Counted from the first letter of the stretch, positions 39,368-50,171 are shown. The stretch: 64,000 bases of DNA from Candidatus Scalinduaceae bacterium (GCA_046759445.1 JBHICG010000002.1:52763-116762); one strand, 5' to 3'. The notes: generated from the sequence alone by a model not told the origin. A program made the numbers and translations.

Positions 39368-40441
39368 ATGGAAACTAAAAAAAAATCAAGCTACTTCAGG
39401 AAAAATATTGATAGAATGGCCGGTTACGTTCCTGGTGAACAGCCAAAAGACGACGCTTATATCAAGTTGAACACAAATGAGAATCCATACCCTCCATCCC
39501 CCAAAGCTATTGCTGCTTTGAAGAATGAGGTAAACGAGAAATTAAGACTGTATCCTGATCCAGGCTCTACAAGTGTCAGAAATAAAGTTGCAGAGGTTTT
39601 TGGTACAGTAGCTGAAAGAGTAATGATAGGCAATGGGTCTGATGAACTCTTAACCATAATAATCCGTTGTTTTGTGGGTCAAGGTGATAAGGTTGTTTAT
39701 CCGTATCCAACATATCTTTTATATAAGACTTTGTCTGAAATTCAAGATGCCAAAGCATGCATAGTGGATTATCTTGAAGATTACTCGTTGCCTGAAGAAA
39801 TCCTGGTTGAAGATGCGGCAGTTACTTTTATATGTAACCCTAACTCACCTTCAGGAACTATGGTACCAGTAGACAAAGTCTCTGATATTGCAGGGAGAGT
39901 AGATGGTGTGCTTGTGGTTGATGAGGCTTATGTGGACTTTGCCGATGATAATTGTTTGAGGTTGGTAGATGAACATTCGAACGTAATTGTTTTACGTACC
40001 CTTTCCAAGTCATATTCTTTAGCCGGAATGCGTCTGGGTTTTGCTGTGGCTCAGGAAGATTTGATTAAGGGCATGATGAAGGTCAAAGATTCATACAATG
40101 TTGACAGGCTTAGCATGGCAGTTGCGATTGCTGCGCTGGACGACCAGGAAACGTTTAGGAGAAATGTTGACAGGATAAAAGCGACAAGAAAACGTCTCAT
40201 AGATTCGCTTGAGGAGATGGGTTTTTTTGTATATCCATCTCAGGCAAACTTTGTTATGATAAGATGCAAAAATGCCATTAAGGCAAAAGAGATTTATCTG
40301 GAATTAAAAAAACAAAAGATACTTATCAGGTATATAGAACAACCAAAACTGGATGATTGTTTGAGAATAACTATTGGTACTGATGATGAAATAAAGGCCT
40401 TGCTTGATAAATTGGCTGAAGTAAAGGCAATTTTGCCTTAG
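39368..40441 (+). CDS. hisC: histidinol-phosphate aminotransferase
   Basis: KLNTNENPY, GNGSDE, NPNSPSG, DEAY, RTLSKSYSLAGMRLG; start placed at METKKK (39368). Confidence 0.95.
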   Translation: METKKKSSYFRKNIDRMAGYVPGEQPKDDAYIKLNTNENPYPPSPKAIAALKNEVNEKLRLYPDPGSTSVRNKVAEVFGTVAERVMIGNGSDELLTIIIRCFVGQGDKVVYPYPTYLLYKTLSEIQDAKACIVDYLEDYSLPEEILVEDAAVTFICNPNSPSGTMVPVDKVSDIAGRVDGVLVVDEAYVDFADDNCLRLVDEHSNVIVLRTLSKSYSLAGMRLGFAVAQEDLIKGMMKVKDSYNVDRLSMAVAIAALDDQETFRRNVDRIKATRKRLIDSLEEMGFFVYPSQANFVMIRCKNAIKAKEIYLELKKQKILIRYIEQPKLDDCLRITIGTDDEIKALLDKLAEVKAILP

Positions 40442-40694
40442 CAAAATTGCTAAGCAATTCCGATCTTTGATAGGAATTGCCGTAAATCCGAAATCAAAGC
40501 CCAATAGTATAGTCCAAAGAATAGATTCCCAATCAAGTTGGGAATGACATTGTATTCTATTGAACCGTCTACTTTCGATTGCTAATGTTGTGCTTTTTGT
40601 CATTCCCGCCCTGTTTATGGCCGTCCAAAGGACGGCACGCAGGCATAAGCGGGAATCTATATAGAAACTAGCAACAACATAATAAGAGGAATTT

Positions 40695-41285
40695 ATGAAA
40701 AAAAGAACCTCAAACATAAACAGAAAGACGAGTGAAACGAGTATCAGTCTATCACTTAATTTGGATGGTGAGGGCAAGCGTAAAATATCCACTGGTATAG
40801 GCTTCTTTGATCATATGCTGGATTTACTTGCAAAACACGCCCTGTTTGATTTAGAGATTAAGGCATCTGGCGATACGGACGTAGATTATCATCATACGGT
40901 TGAGGATGTTGGTATTTGTCTGGGTCAGGCAGTGAAAGAGGCTCTAGGTGACAAGTCTGGCATAATCCGTTTTGCCAATGTTAGTGTACCCATGCAGGAG
41001 GCGCTGGCCAATGTTGCACTGGATATTAGTGGGCGTTCGGCCCTTATCTTTAATGCGAAGTTAGAGTCAGAAAAGATTGGTGATTTTGATACTGAATTGA
41101 TTAAAGAATTTCTGGAGGCATTTTCTGTAAATGCAGGCGTTAACCTTCATGTGGATGTTCCGTACGGTGAAAATGCACATCACATATCAGAGGCAGTCTT
41201 CAAAGGGGTAGCAAAGGCCCTTGATAAAGCCACAAGAACGGATGAACGAACCAAAGATGTTCCATCAACAAAGGGTGTTCTATAA
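40695..41285 (+). CDS. hisB: imidazoleglycerol-phosphate dehydratase
   Basis: FFDHML, DYHHTVEDVG, NAHHISEAVFK, PSTKGVL. Confidence 0.97.
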   Translation: MKKRTSNINRKTSETSISLSLNLDGEGKRKISTGIGFFDHMLDLLAKHALFDLEIKASGDTDVDYHHTVEDVGICLGQAVKEALGDKSGIIRFANVSVPMQEALANVALDISGRSALIFNAKLESEKIGDFDTELIKEFLEAFSVNAGVNLHVDVPYGENAHHISEAVFKGVAKALDKATRTDERTKDVPSTKGVL

Positions 41286-41444
41286 AAAACATACCTATAT
41301 TGTACATAAATCACCGATAGACACGGGTAAACACTGATAAGATAGTTTCTTTATCTTAATCCATACCATCCTGTAAATCTGTGAGGAACTAAGGGTGAGA
41401 TTCCCTTGGTCTACTCGACTCTGATAAGAAGGAGATTATGATTA

Positions 41445-42626
41445 ATGACAACGCGTTATAACATTTTGCAAAAATATGGAGCTTTATTATCTTTTTTATT
41501 TCTTTCTTATGTTATTTTCCTTACAGGTTGTGCTCATGCGGAAAAAAAAGTTTCGTCACAACCGAAATCTGCAGTGGGAAAACTCGCTGACACACCCTGG
41601 CCGATGCATCGTCATGATCTGCACCATACGGGACGCAGTCCTTATGCGGGCTCTCAGACAAATGACATAAAGTGGACGTTTCAATCAGGGGCAGCAATCT
41701 CTTCTTCTCCCGTAATAGGCGTTGACGGTGCTATATATTTTGGATCGCAGGACAAACACCTTTATGCCATTAATCCGGACGGATCTCTGAAATGGAAATT
41801 TGAGACAGGAGCTGAGGTGGATTCAACTCCCGCAATTGATATTGACGGTGTAATATATTTCGGCTCGTGGGACCAACATCTCTATGCGCTTTATCCGGAC
41901 GGCAAATTAAAATGGAAGCACAAGACGTATGGAGGTATTATCTCATCTCCTGCAATAGGAGATGATGGCTCGCTTTACTTTGGATGCTGGGATGACAGGA
42001 TACATGCCGTGGATTCGGAAGGTAAGCACAGATGGGAATATAAGACGGCGGATCATATATGGTCTTCACCTGCTATAGGGAGTAATGGCATGATTTATTG
42101 TGGGTCGGAGGACTATTATATGTTTGCCCTCACGCAGGATGGCAAGGCCATCTGGTCATTCGGGACTCATTACCTGCTTGAATCATCTCCTTCAATTGGT
42201 GACGATGGGACTATTTATTTCGGTTCCGAAGATGCGAACCTCTTCGCCCTTAAACCTGACGGTCATCTGAAATGGCAGTATAAGACCGAGTATGATATTG
42301 ATTCATCCACTGCTCTGGCGCTGGACGGGACGATTTATATAGGTTCAGGAGACGGGCGCCTCTATGCTATAAATCCTGACGGTACGCTTAAGTGGACGTT
42401 TGAGACAAAATATTCAGTAATGTCATCGCCCGTCATTGATGCCAATGGGACTGTGTATGTGGGTTCCCGGGATAAGAAATTTTATGCCGTAAACAGCGAT
42501 GGCACCTTGAAGTGGTATATTGAAACAGGCGGCGCCATCGAATCCTCAGCCGCAATAGACAAAGACGGGACTATTTATATCGCCTCAACAGACGGCAAGC
42601 TCTATGCGATTGGGAAGAAAGATTGA
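41445..42626 (+). CDS. PQQ-like/BamB-type beta-propeller repeat lipoprotein
   Basis: LTGC lipobox; eight SSPxIxxDGxIYFGSxDxxLYAxxxDGxLKW repeats. Confidence 0.88.
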   Translation: MTTRYNILQKYGALLSFLFLSYVIFLTGCAHAEKKVSSQPKSAVGKLADTPWPMHRHDLHHTGRSPYAGSQTNDIKWTFQSGAAISSSPVIGVDGAIYFGSQDKHLYAINPDGSLKWKFETGAEVDSTPAIDIDGVIYFGSWDQHLYALYPDGKLKWKHKTYGGIISSPAIGDDGSLYFGCWDDRIHAVDSEGKHRWEYKTADHIWSSPAIGSNGMIYCGSEDYYMFALTQDGKAIWSFGTHYLLESSPSIGDDGTIYFGSEDANLFALKPDGHLKWQYKTEYDIDSSTALALDGTIYIGSGDGRLYAINPDGTLKWTFETKYSVMSSPVIDANGTVYVGSRDKKFYAVNSDGTLKWYIETGGAIESSAAIDKDGTIYIASTDGKLYAIGKKD

Positions 42627-43008
42627 TAAAAAAAGATTATTGAGACGCCTCGGGAAATTAGACACCAAGAAGATTAATCAAATAAAATCAATTATAAAGG
42701 AAATGCTAGTTGATTAATTTTTGATCTGAAAATAGATTCCCGATCGGGGTCGGCGTGTGATTCAACTCGCCGAGTAGAATCACCTAAGCAATTCCGCTGT
42801 TGTGGAATTGCCAATGACCAATTTATAACGCTCTATGTTATACCCATAATTCAACTTATCCCGACAGAAGACGGGTCTGGAGCTGGATTCAGGGTCGTCC
42901 TCAGACGACTGTCATTCCCGAGGAACAGCTTACCTGGTTAGCAAACAGGGAATCTAGATTTTTATCCTTCGTGGTGCCCTGGAGGGGCATGAGAGTTTAA
43001 CAAGAAAT

Positions 43009-43113
43009 TCAGTCAAAAAAAGACGTTTTACTGTTTCAGGTAAATTGTCGGACGATCTCATGTCTGGAACCTTGAATAGTATCTTCAAACAAGCCAAGTT
43101 AAAGAATGGATAA
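43009..43113 (+). pseudogene. HicA toxin C-terminal remnant
   Basis: KKRRFTVSGKLSDDLMSGTLNSIFKQAKLKNG* directly upstream of hicB; N-terminus missing. Confidence 0.7.
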
Positions 43114-43116
43114 GAT

Positions 43117-43326
43117 ATGCGTTACGCTATAGTTATTGAAAAAGGTCCAGAAAATTATTCGGCATATGTACCGGTTTTACCCGGTTGCATTTCTACTGGT
43201 TCAACAGTTAGCGAAGCCGAAAAAAATATAAAGGAAGCAATTTCATTTTACATTGATGGCTTGAAAGAAGATGGTCTACCAGTACCTGAACCATCCACTA
43301 TCTGCGAGTACATTGAAACAACCTGA
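43117..43326 (+). CDS. HicB family antitoxin
   Basis: YAIVIEKGPENYSAYVPVLPGCISTGSTVSEAEKNIKEAI. Confidence 0.9.
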   Translation: MRYAIVIEKGPENYSAYVPVLPGCISTGSTVSEAEKNIKEAISFYIDGLKEDGLPVPEPSTICEYIETT

Positions 43327-43540
43327 AAAGTATATATTCAAGCGGGTAGAAACATGATAAAAGGACTTGGCTGGTTCAGGTTTGTAGCCTGAACCGAAAT
43401 GTTTGGGTTCAATTAAAATGATTGAACCAGCAGGGAATCCCTGTGTATAAAAACGGCAAATTGGCTGGGTAGAAAATATCAAGAAACATTATTTTCTTAA
43501 GACAACATATAGTTAAATAACTGATCATGTTCAGGATAGA

Positions 43541-43666
43541 ATGGATACAGGATTTGTGTTAGAAAAGATAAGTTTTATTTCTCAAAACATAGTGACCAGG
43601 AAAGGCAAAACGAGAACCTTACTGTAGGAGAAATTTAAGACTCCATACGAAAGAGGTGAAACATGA
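43541..43666 (+). pseudogene. DUF4258-like toxin with internal deletion
   Basis: YFSKHSDQERQNENLTVGEI* joined to FKTPYERGET*, whose stop overlaps the next ATG. Confidence 0.55.
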
Positions 43667-43914
43667 ATAAAACATGTAGTTTTTGTGGAAACAAAAATTC
43701 TAAGGAAAAACGTGTACAGTATATTTATAAGCATAATGATCAATTTCTTGTTGTAAATAATGTGCCATGTGAGGAATGTGAATATTGTGGGGAGCAATAT
43801 TTCAAGGCAGAAGTATTGAAAAAGATTGAAAAAAACTTTAGAGATATTTATTTTTCTGACAAGAAAGCCAAAAAGGAGCTAAGGTTACCTGTAGAAGAAT
43901 TTGTAGAGAATTAA
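43663..43914 (+). CDS. YgiT/MqsA-type zinc-finger antitoxin-like protein
   Basis: CSFCG...VNNVPCEECEYCGEQYF. Confidence 0.85.
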   Translation: MNKTCSFCGNKNSKEKRVQYIYKHNDQFLVVNNVPCEECEYCGEQYFKAEVLKKIEKNFRDIYFSDKKAKKELRLPVEEFVEN

Positions 43915-44033
43915 AACGTTAAACATTTTCTTAACAAGAAATATTAATGTTTTAAGTATCTCTTGACCTTGATTACTGTTACCAGTTTATGATAGTAAAA
44001 TAGTAAGAATACCTTATACTTATAAAGAAGGAA

Positions 44034-44249
44034 ATGAAGAAGAAAGATCATGTAAAACTTGTACGAAGGCAACTATGTTGCTGAGGTAGAGACATTAAGC
44101 TGATTGATTCAGGTGAAGGATGGATGCCTTATTTATCGCTTGAAGATGCAGAAAAATTGGAGCATCTAAGAGAAGCTTTGCGAAGGGAAGATATTTCTAC
44201 AGCAAATAAGTTATCTCGTGTCTATCGTCTCACTCCCGTAACACATTGA
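44034..44249 (+). pseudogene. frameshifted small hypothetical protein
   Basis: Pieces MKKKDHVKLV / EGNYVAEVE / LIDSGEGWMPYLSLEDAEKLEHLREALRREDISTANKLSRVYRLTPVTH* in different frames. Confidence 0.5.
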
Positions 44250-44282
44250 ATCTAAAAATTAAGATTGGATAATAACTCACCC

Positions 44283-44440
44283 GGCGGAGCCATTGAATCA
44301 TCCGCTGCAATAGACAAAGACGGAACTATTTATATAGCATCAACAGACGGCAAACTCTATGCGATTTGAAAGAAATAATAAAATGTAATAAATGCAAGAC
44401 CCTCTAATTCATATAGTCATGGAAGGACTTGACCCCTTCC
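44283..44440 (+). repeat. duplicate of the beta-propeller gene 3' end plus RAYT-end motif (further copy at 45138-45268; source 42528-42620)
   Basis: Codon-aligned copy of GGAIESSAAIDKDGTIYIASTDGKLYAI followed by ...TAGTCATGGAAGGACTTGACCCCTT. Confidence 0.85.
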
Positions 44441-44456
44441 GACCCCTAAAAGTTGA

Positions 44457-44963
44457 TTAATTATTATATTTATTAGAGAATTCCACTAACTTGCTTATTA
44501 AACTTTTATCTTTTTTTGGAGCTACTGAAATGCTATTTAATAAAGTCCATTCCCTGGCATTAGCTATTTCATTTATTGTGATTGTTATATCATTTGGAAA
44601 TTTACAATTCTCTCCAATACTAAGATTAACTTTTAATTCAGAAGTTTGAGAATTATATCTTAATGCAACAATTGCTTGAGATTCAGTAGGTTTTGGACCA
44701 TATTTTACCACTATTTTTTCCGTTTTATTGTCATAATCTTTTGCATGTTCATTGTGATCCTGCTTTGGATAAATAAATCGTACTAGTACATCAAACTTTC
44801 TGCTTTCAAACAATTTTGTATCTAGTACAGCACTTTTTACATCATATCTTGAAAGTCTGTTTGTAAATAATTCATGTAATTTGTCATATTTTCTTTTAGT
44901 GATTCTTGGACTAATATTTTCAATAGGAATTGTTGTTGAATTCATAAAAGAAGTAAATTGCAA
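44457..44963 (-). CDS. hypothetical protein
   Basis: 168-aa AT-rich ORF between the two repeat copies. Confidence 0.5.
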   Translation of the reverse strand: MQFTSFMNSTTIPIENISPRITKRKYDKLHELFTNRLSRYDVKSAVLDTKLFESRKFDVLVRFIYPKQDHNEHAKDYDNKTEKIVVKYGPKPTESQAIVALRYNSQTSELKVNLSIGENCKFPNDITITINEIANAREWTLLNSISVAPKKDKSLISKLVEFSNKYNN

Positions 44964-45480
44964 TCAATATTTAAAATTTTTTACAAATAATTTATTTTAA
45001 AGTGGTGAATTTGGTATTTTATTTTGTAATGTACACATGTACTTAAATAAATCAAGAGATTTTTCATTATACACTAAAGTGTACTAAATTATACTGTAGA
45101 AGATATCAATATAAATTTAAGGATTACTACAAAAACGATAGATAAAGACGGGACTATTTATATAGCCTTAACAGACGGCAAGCTCTATGCAATTTGAAAG
45201 AAATAATAAAATGTAATAAATGCAAGACCCTCTAATTCATGTAGTCATGGAAGGACTTGACCCCTTCCCTGACCCCTTCCCTCCGAGAAGATCAGTCAGG
45301 TAGCTGAGCGCAAAAAGCTGCCCTAGCTACCGGGTTATACCATTTATATTGAAAGCGGTCAGAATTGCAAAAGGGGCAGACCTTGCAACATTATACTTGA
45401 GCAATGGGTAATGAAATCAAGATACTGGATGTTTAAGTTCTTATTTCTCGATCATATCTGTTGGCTCAACTTCAGGCGGC

Positions 45481-46671
45481 ATGATTGAAGGGATGGTTTC
45501 AATTCAATTGTCAAACGGTGAAATATTTAAATTGACAAAACAGATTAGTTATAAATTCATAGTCTTTTTTTCCTATACGTCCATTTGGATGTTCATGCTC
45601 TTTTGTCAACTGACTTATGCCAACAAAGAACTACCTCTTAATAAAATCAAGCTTCCTCCGGGATTTGAGATAAACATTTTTGCAACAACTGTACCTAATG
45701 CACGGTCCATGTCGCTGAGTCCAAATGGTACATTGTTTGTGGGTACGCGCAAGGCAGGAAATGTCTATGCCATCTTAGATCGCAATCGTGATAATGTAGC
45801 CGACGAAGTCATTACTGTTGCACGTGGATTGAATATGCCGAATGGCGTAGCATTTCGCAATGGCTCACTATATGTAGCAGAAGTGAACAGGATACTGCGT
45901 TACGACAATATTGAAGTTCATCTAAAAGACCCGCTAGAACCGGTAGTAGTTAATGACAGCTTTCCAAAGTATAAGGGTCATGGTTGGAAATTCATCCGTT
46001 TTGGACCGGATGGAATGCTTTATGTACCGGTAGGAGCACCATGTAATGTATGTGAGCGAAAAGATAAAAGATATGCTTCGATAATGCGGATGAACCCTGA
46101 CGGTACCGGGCTGAACATTTTTTCTCGGGGTGTTCGCAATACAGTTGGGTTTGATTGGGATCCAGATACAAAAGAGCTCTGGTTCACCGATAATGGACGT
46201 GACTGGATGGGAGATGACCTGCCTCCGGACGAGTTGAACCATGCGCCGGAGAAAAGATTACATTTTGGTTTCCCATATTGTCATGGAAAGAATATCGCCG
46301 ATCCCGAATTTGGCAAAAAACACATGTGTGATGAGTTTACGCCTCCAGCTATGGAATTAGGTCCACATGTAGCACCACTTGGCATGCGCTTTTATACAGC
46401 AACCATGTTTCCTGATAAATATCGGAAACAGATTTTTATTGCCGAGCATGGCTCATGGAACCGAAGTGTACCAATTGGTTATCGATTGACACTTGTGCAA
46501 CTTAAACATAATCGTGCAGTGAAATACGATGTATTTGCAGAAGGTTGGCTTCAAAATGGCAAGGCATGGGGACGCCCCGTTGATATACTCATCATGCCCG
46601 ATGGCGCACTTCTGGTTTCAGACGACCATGCAGGTGCTATTTATAGAATCAGCTACAAAAATAACCAATAA
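45481..46671 (+). CDS. glucose/sorbosone dehydrogenase family beta-propeller
   Basis: LPPGFEI, HGWKFIRFGPDG, GAPCNVC, GVRNTVG, EHGSWNRS, GRPVD; true start probably downstream. Confidence 0.9.
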   Translation: MIEGMVSIQLSNGEIFKLTKQISYKFIVFFSYTSIWMFMLFCQLTYANKELPLNKIKLPPGFEINIFATTVPNARSMSLSPNGTLFVGTRKAGNVYAILDRNRDNVADEVITVARGLNMPNGVAFRNGSLYVAEVNRILRYDNIEVHLKDPLEPVVVNDSFPKYKGHGWKFIRFGPDGMLYVPVGAPCNVCERKDKRYASIMRMNPDGTGLNIFSRGVRNTVGFDWDPDTKELWFTDNGRDWMGDDLPPDELNHAPEKRLHFGFPYCHGKNIADPEFGKKHMCDEFTPPAMELGPHVAPLGMRFYTATMFPDKYRKQIFIAEHGSWNRSVPIGYRLTLVQLKHNRAVKYDVFAEGWLQNGKAWGRPVDILIMPDGALLVSDDHAGAIYRISYKNNQ

Positions 46672-46816
46672 AACGAATTATAGAAACTTAAAACTTTTAA
46701 AGGTCTCGTAATAATGTATTTAGTGTGTTCTAGTTCTGACTATTGAGTTTAAATTATTAGGCCAAATCTGTTAAAATAATGTTTTAGATTGTATATTAAA
46801 AAAGGAGATTAAAACT

Positions 46817-46996
46817 ATGTGTTATAATTGCGGATGTCAGGAGCCAGACGATCCAATGGGAAGAGGAAAAATATCTGAAGGCGGAGCATCTTTGACTGAG
46901 GATGATTTAAAGCTGATAGCTGAAAAGTGGGAAATGAGCGTAAAGGATACAAAAAAGAATATCCTGACACTTCTTCAAAAAACACTTGAAGACTAG
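46817..46996 (+). CDS. small 59-aa CxxCxC protein (not in ORF track)
   Basis: AAGGAG RBS at 46802; MCYNCGCQEPDDPMGRGKISEGGASLTEDDLKLIAEKWEMSVKDTKKNILTLLQKTLED*. Confidence 0.75.
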   Translation: MCYNCGCQEPDDPMGRGKISEGGASLTEDDLKLIAEKWEMSVKDTKKNILTLLQKTLED

Positions 46997-47290
46997 TTGG
47001 ATTCGGAGAGTAATAAAGAGAAACCAATCTAAAACATAAGAGAGACATAATAGGAACCCGCTAAACAAACCGTCGCCCGTTCGTACCAGTACGGGCGGGC
47101 GACGTCTATTAAATAAAACCTATGTTAAACAAGAAGCTATTATTTATGGCCGTAATTATTGTAATGAAAGACAGGCTCAGGGTCTTGTAATGTTACACTT
47201 CATTAATGTATGGGAAATTAAGTTATGAGATATTTAAGCTACTTATTTCTCCGTCATTTCTGTTGGCTCAATTTTGGGTGACATGATTGA

Positions 47291-47953
47291 ATGGATAATT
47301 TACTAAAACGTTTAATAGACCAACTTGATACACTCATCCCCTTTCTAGCTATATCACATAAAGATGTATTCAAGCTAATTCAAAAGGAAAAGAATATTTT
47401 ACTTCAAGTAAGTCAACAGTCATCTTTACCAAATACATACAAGATTTACAGATCTCAAATTGCACATTCATCTTTATTATTAGGTTATTCTTATTTCGGG
47501 GCTTTTCTTGCAGACCTTGTTAGAAAAATTTATAAATCTAATCCTCAGATGTTACCAAAAGAAAAGCAATTGAAGTTCAATGAGATTCTTGATGTCAAAG
47601 ATTATAATAGTGTTCTTGATTTAATGATTGAAAAAGAAGTTATTGAACTCTTTTACCAAAGAGCTGAAAAAATCATAGAGTATTTTGAGAAAAAATTGAA
47701 ATTGACGTGGCAAAAAGAACAAAAACTTAGTTTTGTCAAGGTTTCTTGTATTAGAAACTGTATTATTCACAGTATGAGTAAAGCTGACAATCGTCTATCG
47801 GAAGTTTCAAAATATAAAGTAGGTAAAAAGATAGAGTTAGATTCCTCCGATGTTCATTCATTTGGTATAACAGCACGTGAATTTGCAAGAAACTTATATG
47901 GCCTAGCTAATAAAAAATATTTTCAAACAAAGAAGAAGCCTAAAAAGAAATAA
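47291..47953 (+). CDS. HEPN-like hypothetical protein
   Basis: RNCIIH Rx4H motif; YSYFGAFLADL; helical. Confidence 0.6.
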   Translation: MDNLLKRLIDQLDTLIPFLAISHKDVFKLIQKEKNILLQVSQQSSLPNTYKIYRSQIAHSSLLLGYSYFGAFLADLVRKIYKSNPQMLPKEKQLKFNEILDVKDYNSVLDLMIEKEVIELFYQRAEKIIEYFEKKLKLTWQKEQKLSFVKVSCIRNCIIHSMSKADNRLSEVSKYKVGKKIELDSSDVHSFGITAREFARNLYGLANKKYFQTKKKPKKK

Positions 47954-48206
47954 TATATCTAACAGGTCACTGAACTAACAAGGATAGACCCGCCAAAAAA
48001 CAAGTCGGTCAGGCACTTATATAACTCAAGCTAACTGAACTATCTTGATAATTGATTATGCATCTTGACTAGAACAGAATACTCAAATATGTTATAAGTA
48101 TAGCCAAGACCAAATTAAAATTAACACTTTCTGTCGATTGGCGAGATGTGATAATCACCCCAAAATAACTTTTTGATAGATATCTCAATATAAGGAGAAA
48201 AGCGAG

Positions 48207-48767
48207 ATGACACAGGAAAAGAAAGTCAATGGAGTAAACGTTGATCAGTTGTTTAAGACGATAGAGCTAATTAAGGAAAAACCAGAAATTGCCAGGTTCA
48301 AATTTCGGGCAACTAATAAATGGATCGACGGCACACACAATCGTGCAACTGTTAAGGATTTTTATGGTGCTGGTCAGGAGGATGCCTCTCGGGAACCCAT
48401 GGTTTTTGAACTGGATGAACCACCTGTTCTTTTAGGGAAGAATCTGGGGACTAATCCCGTCGAATATCTTCTCGTTGCCTTGTCGGGTTGCCTGACAACA
48501 AGCCTTATCGCTCATGCATCTGCCAAGGGAATTGAAATAAAAGAAGTGGGATCCAGATATGAGGGAGATTTAGATCTCCGTGGTTTTCTTGGATTATCGG
48601 AAGACGTTAAAGTGGGCTATGAGAATATCCGGGTGTACTTCAAAATCGATGCGGATATATCAGACGAACAGAAGGAGGAACTTATCCAACTGGCTCAGAA
48701 ATACTCACCGGTGTTCAATAGTATCGCAAACCCAGTACCGGTCTCTGTTCAACTGGACAAGAGATGA
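48207..48767 (+). CDS. OsmC family protein
   Basis: DEPPVLLG...NPVEYLLVALSGCL...DLDLRGFLG...SPVF. Confidence 0.9.
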   Translation: MTQEKKVNGVNVDQLFKTIELIKEKPEIARFKFRATNKWIDGTHNRATVKDFYGAGQEDASREPMVFELDEPPVLLGKNLGTNPVEYLLVALSGCLTTSLIAHASAKGIEIKEVGSRYEGDLDLRGFLGLSEDVKVGYENIRVYFKIDADISDEQKEELIQLAQKYSPVFNSIANPVPVSVQLDKR

Positions 48768-48830
48768 ATTCTACTATAAATAGAGACATCTGTACCAATA
48801 CTTTTCAATACTTAACTATGGAGGTAAAAT

Positions 48831-49901
48831 ATGTTAAGACAATATATCAAATTTTTCTTTTTAATTCTTGTTTTACTTCTTATACCATTTAGTTCATTTG
48901 CTGAAACAAAAGGTGAAAAAGCAACCTTTGCTGGGGGCTGTTTTTGGTGTATGGAACATCCTTTCGAAAAACTAGTAGGTGTTTCAGAGGTTATATCAGG
49001 TTATACAGGGGGGCAAAAGCATAATCCAACATATGAAGAGGTTTTATCAGGTACAACCTTACATTTTGAAGCAGTCCAAATAACGTATGATCCGTCTAAA
49101 ATAAGTTATTCAGAACTTCTTGATGTATTTTGGAAACAAATAGACCCAACCGATCCGGGCGGACAATTTGTTGACCGGGGTTTACAGTACAGAACAGCCA
49201 TTTTTTATCACAATGAAGAACAGGAACGTTTAGCAGAGGAATCGAAAGAACAATTGGACAAATCAGGAAGGTTCGACGAACAAATCGTTACTGAAATTAC
49301 TAAGGCTACTCCATTTTATAAAGCTGAAGAATATCATCAGGATTTTTATAAAAAAAGTCCCGTAAAGTATAAATCATATAGACGAGGTTCGGGTCGTGAC
49401 CAATTTTTAGAAAGGATTTGGGGTAAAGAAATGGACACTGGACATAGTTATAATTATAAAATTTTTAAGAAACCCACTGATGAGGAACTGAGAAAAAAAT
49501 TGAATCCATTACAATATCAAGTAACTCAAGAAGATAGTACGGAAAGGCCATTCAGGAATGAATATTGGGAAAATAAAAAAGAGGGGATTTACGTTGACGT
49601 TGTTTCCGGTGAACCTCTTTTTAGCTCAGTTGACAAGTTTGATTCCGGAACCGGGTGGCCAAGTTTTACAAAAACGCTTGAATCTGAACATATTGTAGAA
49701 GTTGAAGATAGGAAGCTATTTATGAAGAGAATAGAAGTAAGAAGCAAACATGCTGATTCTCATCTTGGGCATGTATTTAATGATGGTCCTATGCCGACAG
49801 GACTTCGCTATTGCATAAACTCAGCTGCTCTTCGTTTCATTTCAAGAGAGGATTTAGAAAAAGAAGGATATGGTGAATATAAAAAACTTTTTGAAAAATA
49901 A
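48831..49901 (+). CDS. msrAB: exported peptide methionine sulfoxide reductase MsrA/MsrB fusion
   Basis: AGGCFWC and AEEYHQDFY (MsrA); [14 protein letters not shown] and RYCINS (MsrB); signal peptide. Confidence 0.95.
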   Translation: MLRQYIKFFFLILVLLLIPFSSFAETKGEKATFAGGCFWCMEHPFEKLVGVSEVISGYTGGQKHNPTYEEVLSGTTLHFEAVQITYDPSKISYSELLDVFWKQIDPTDPGGQFVDRGLQYRTAIFYHNEEQERLAEESKEQLDKSGRFDEQIVTEITKATPFYKAEEYHQDFYKKSPVKYKSYRRGSGRDQFLERIWGKEMDTGHSYNYKIFKKPTDEELRKKLNPLQYQVTQEDSTERPFRNEYWENKKEGIYVDVVSGEPLFSSVDKFDSGTGWPSFTKTLESEHIVEVEDRKLFMKRIEVRSKHADSHLGHVFNDGPMPTGLRYCINSAALRFISREDLEKEGYGEYKKLFEK

Positions 49902-49976
49902 AATGTAGGAAAAAATAGGACGCTGATATACGCAGATTAAGTCCGTCCTTCGGACGATTACAGATAAAAATAAGAT

Positions 49977-50020
49977 ATGCGTTATGCCATAGTTATTGAA
50001 AAAGGTCAGGAAAGTTATTT
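49977..50020 (+). pseudogene. HicB 5' fragment
   Basis: MRYAIVIEKGQESY is nearly identical to the start of 43117, then runs into a palindromic repeat. Confidence 0.65.
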
Positions 50021-50171
50021 TACAAAAACCTTTGCTGGTTCAATCAAGATGATTGAACCCAAACATTTCTTATATTCCTTTTTCATGGCTTCCTTATTGA
50101 GCTCTAAATTCTTTCAATCTGCGTTTATCCGCGTCCAGAAAGAAATCATTTCATTTAATATCTTACCATTA

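Noticed and set aside
42528..45268. Diversity-generating retroelement (VR/TR pair at the beta-propeller 3' end)
   Set aside because: Differences are mostly synonymous third-position changes, include non-adenine sites, and no reverse transcriptase is in the window.
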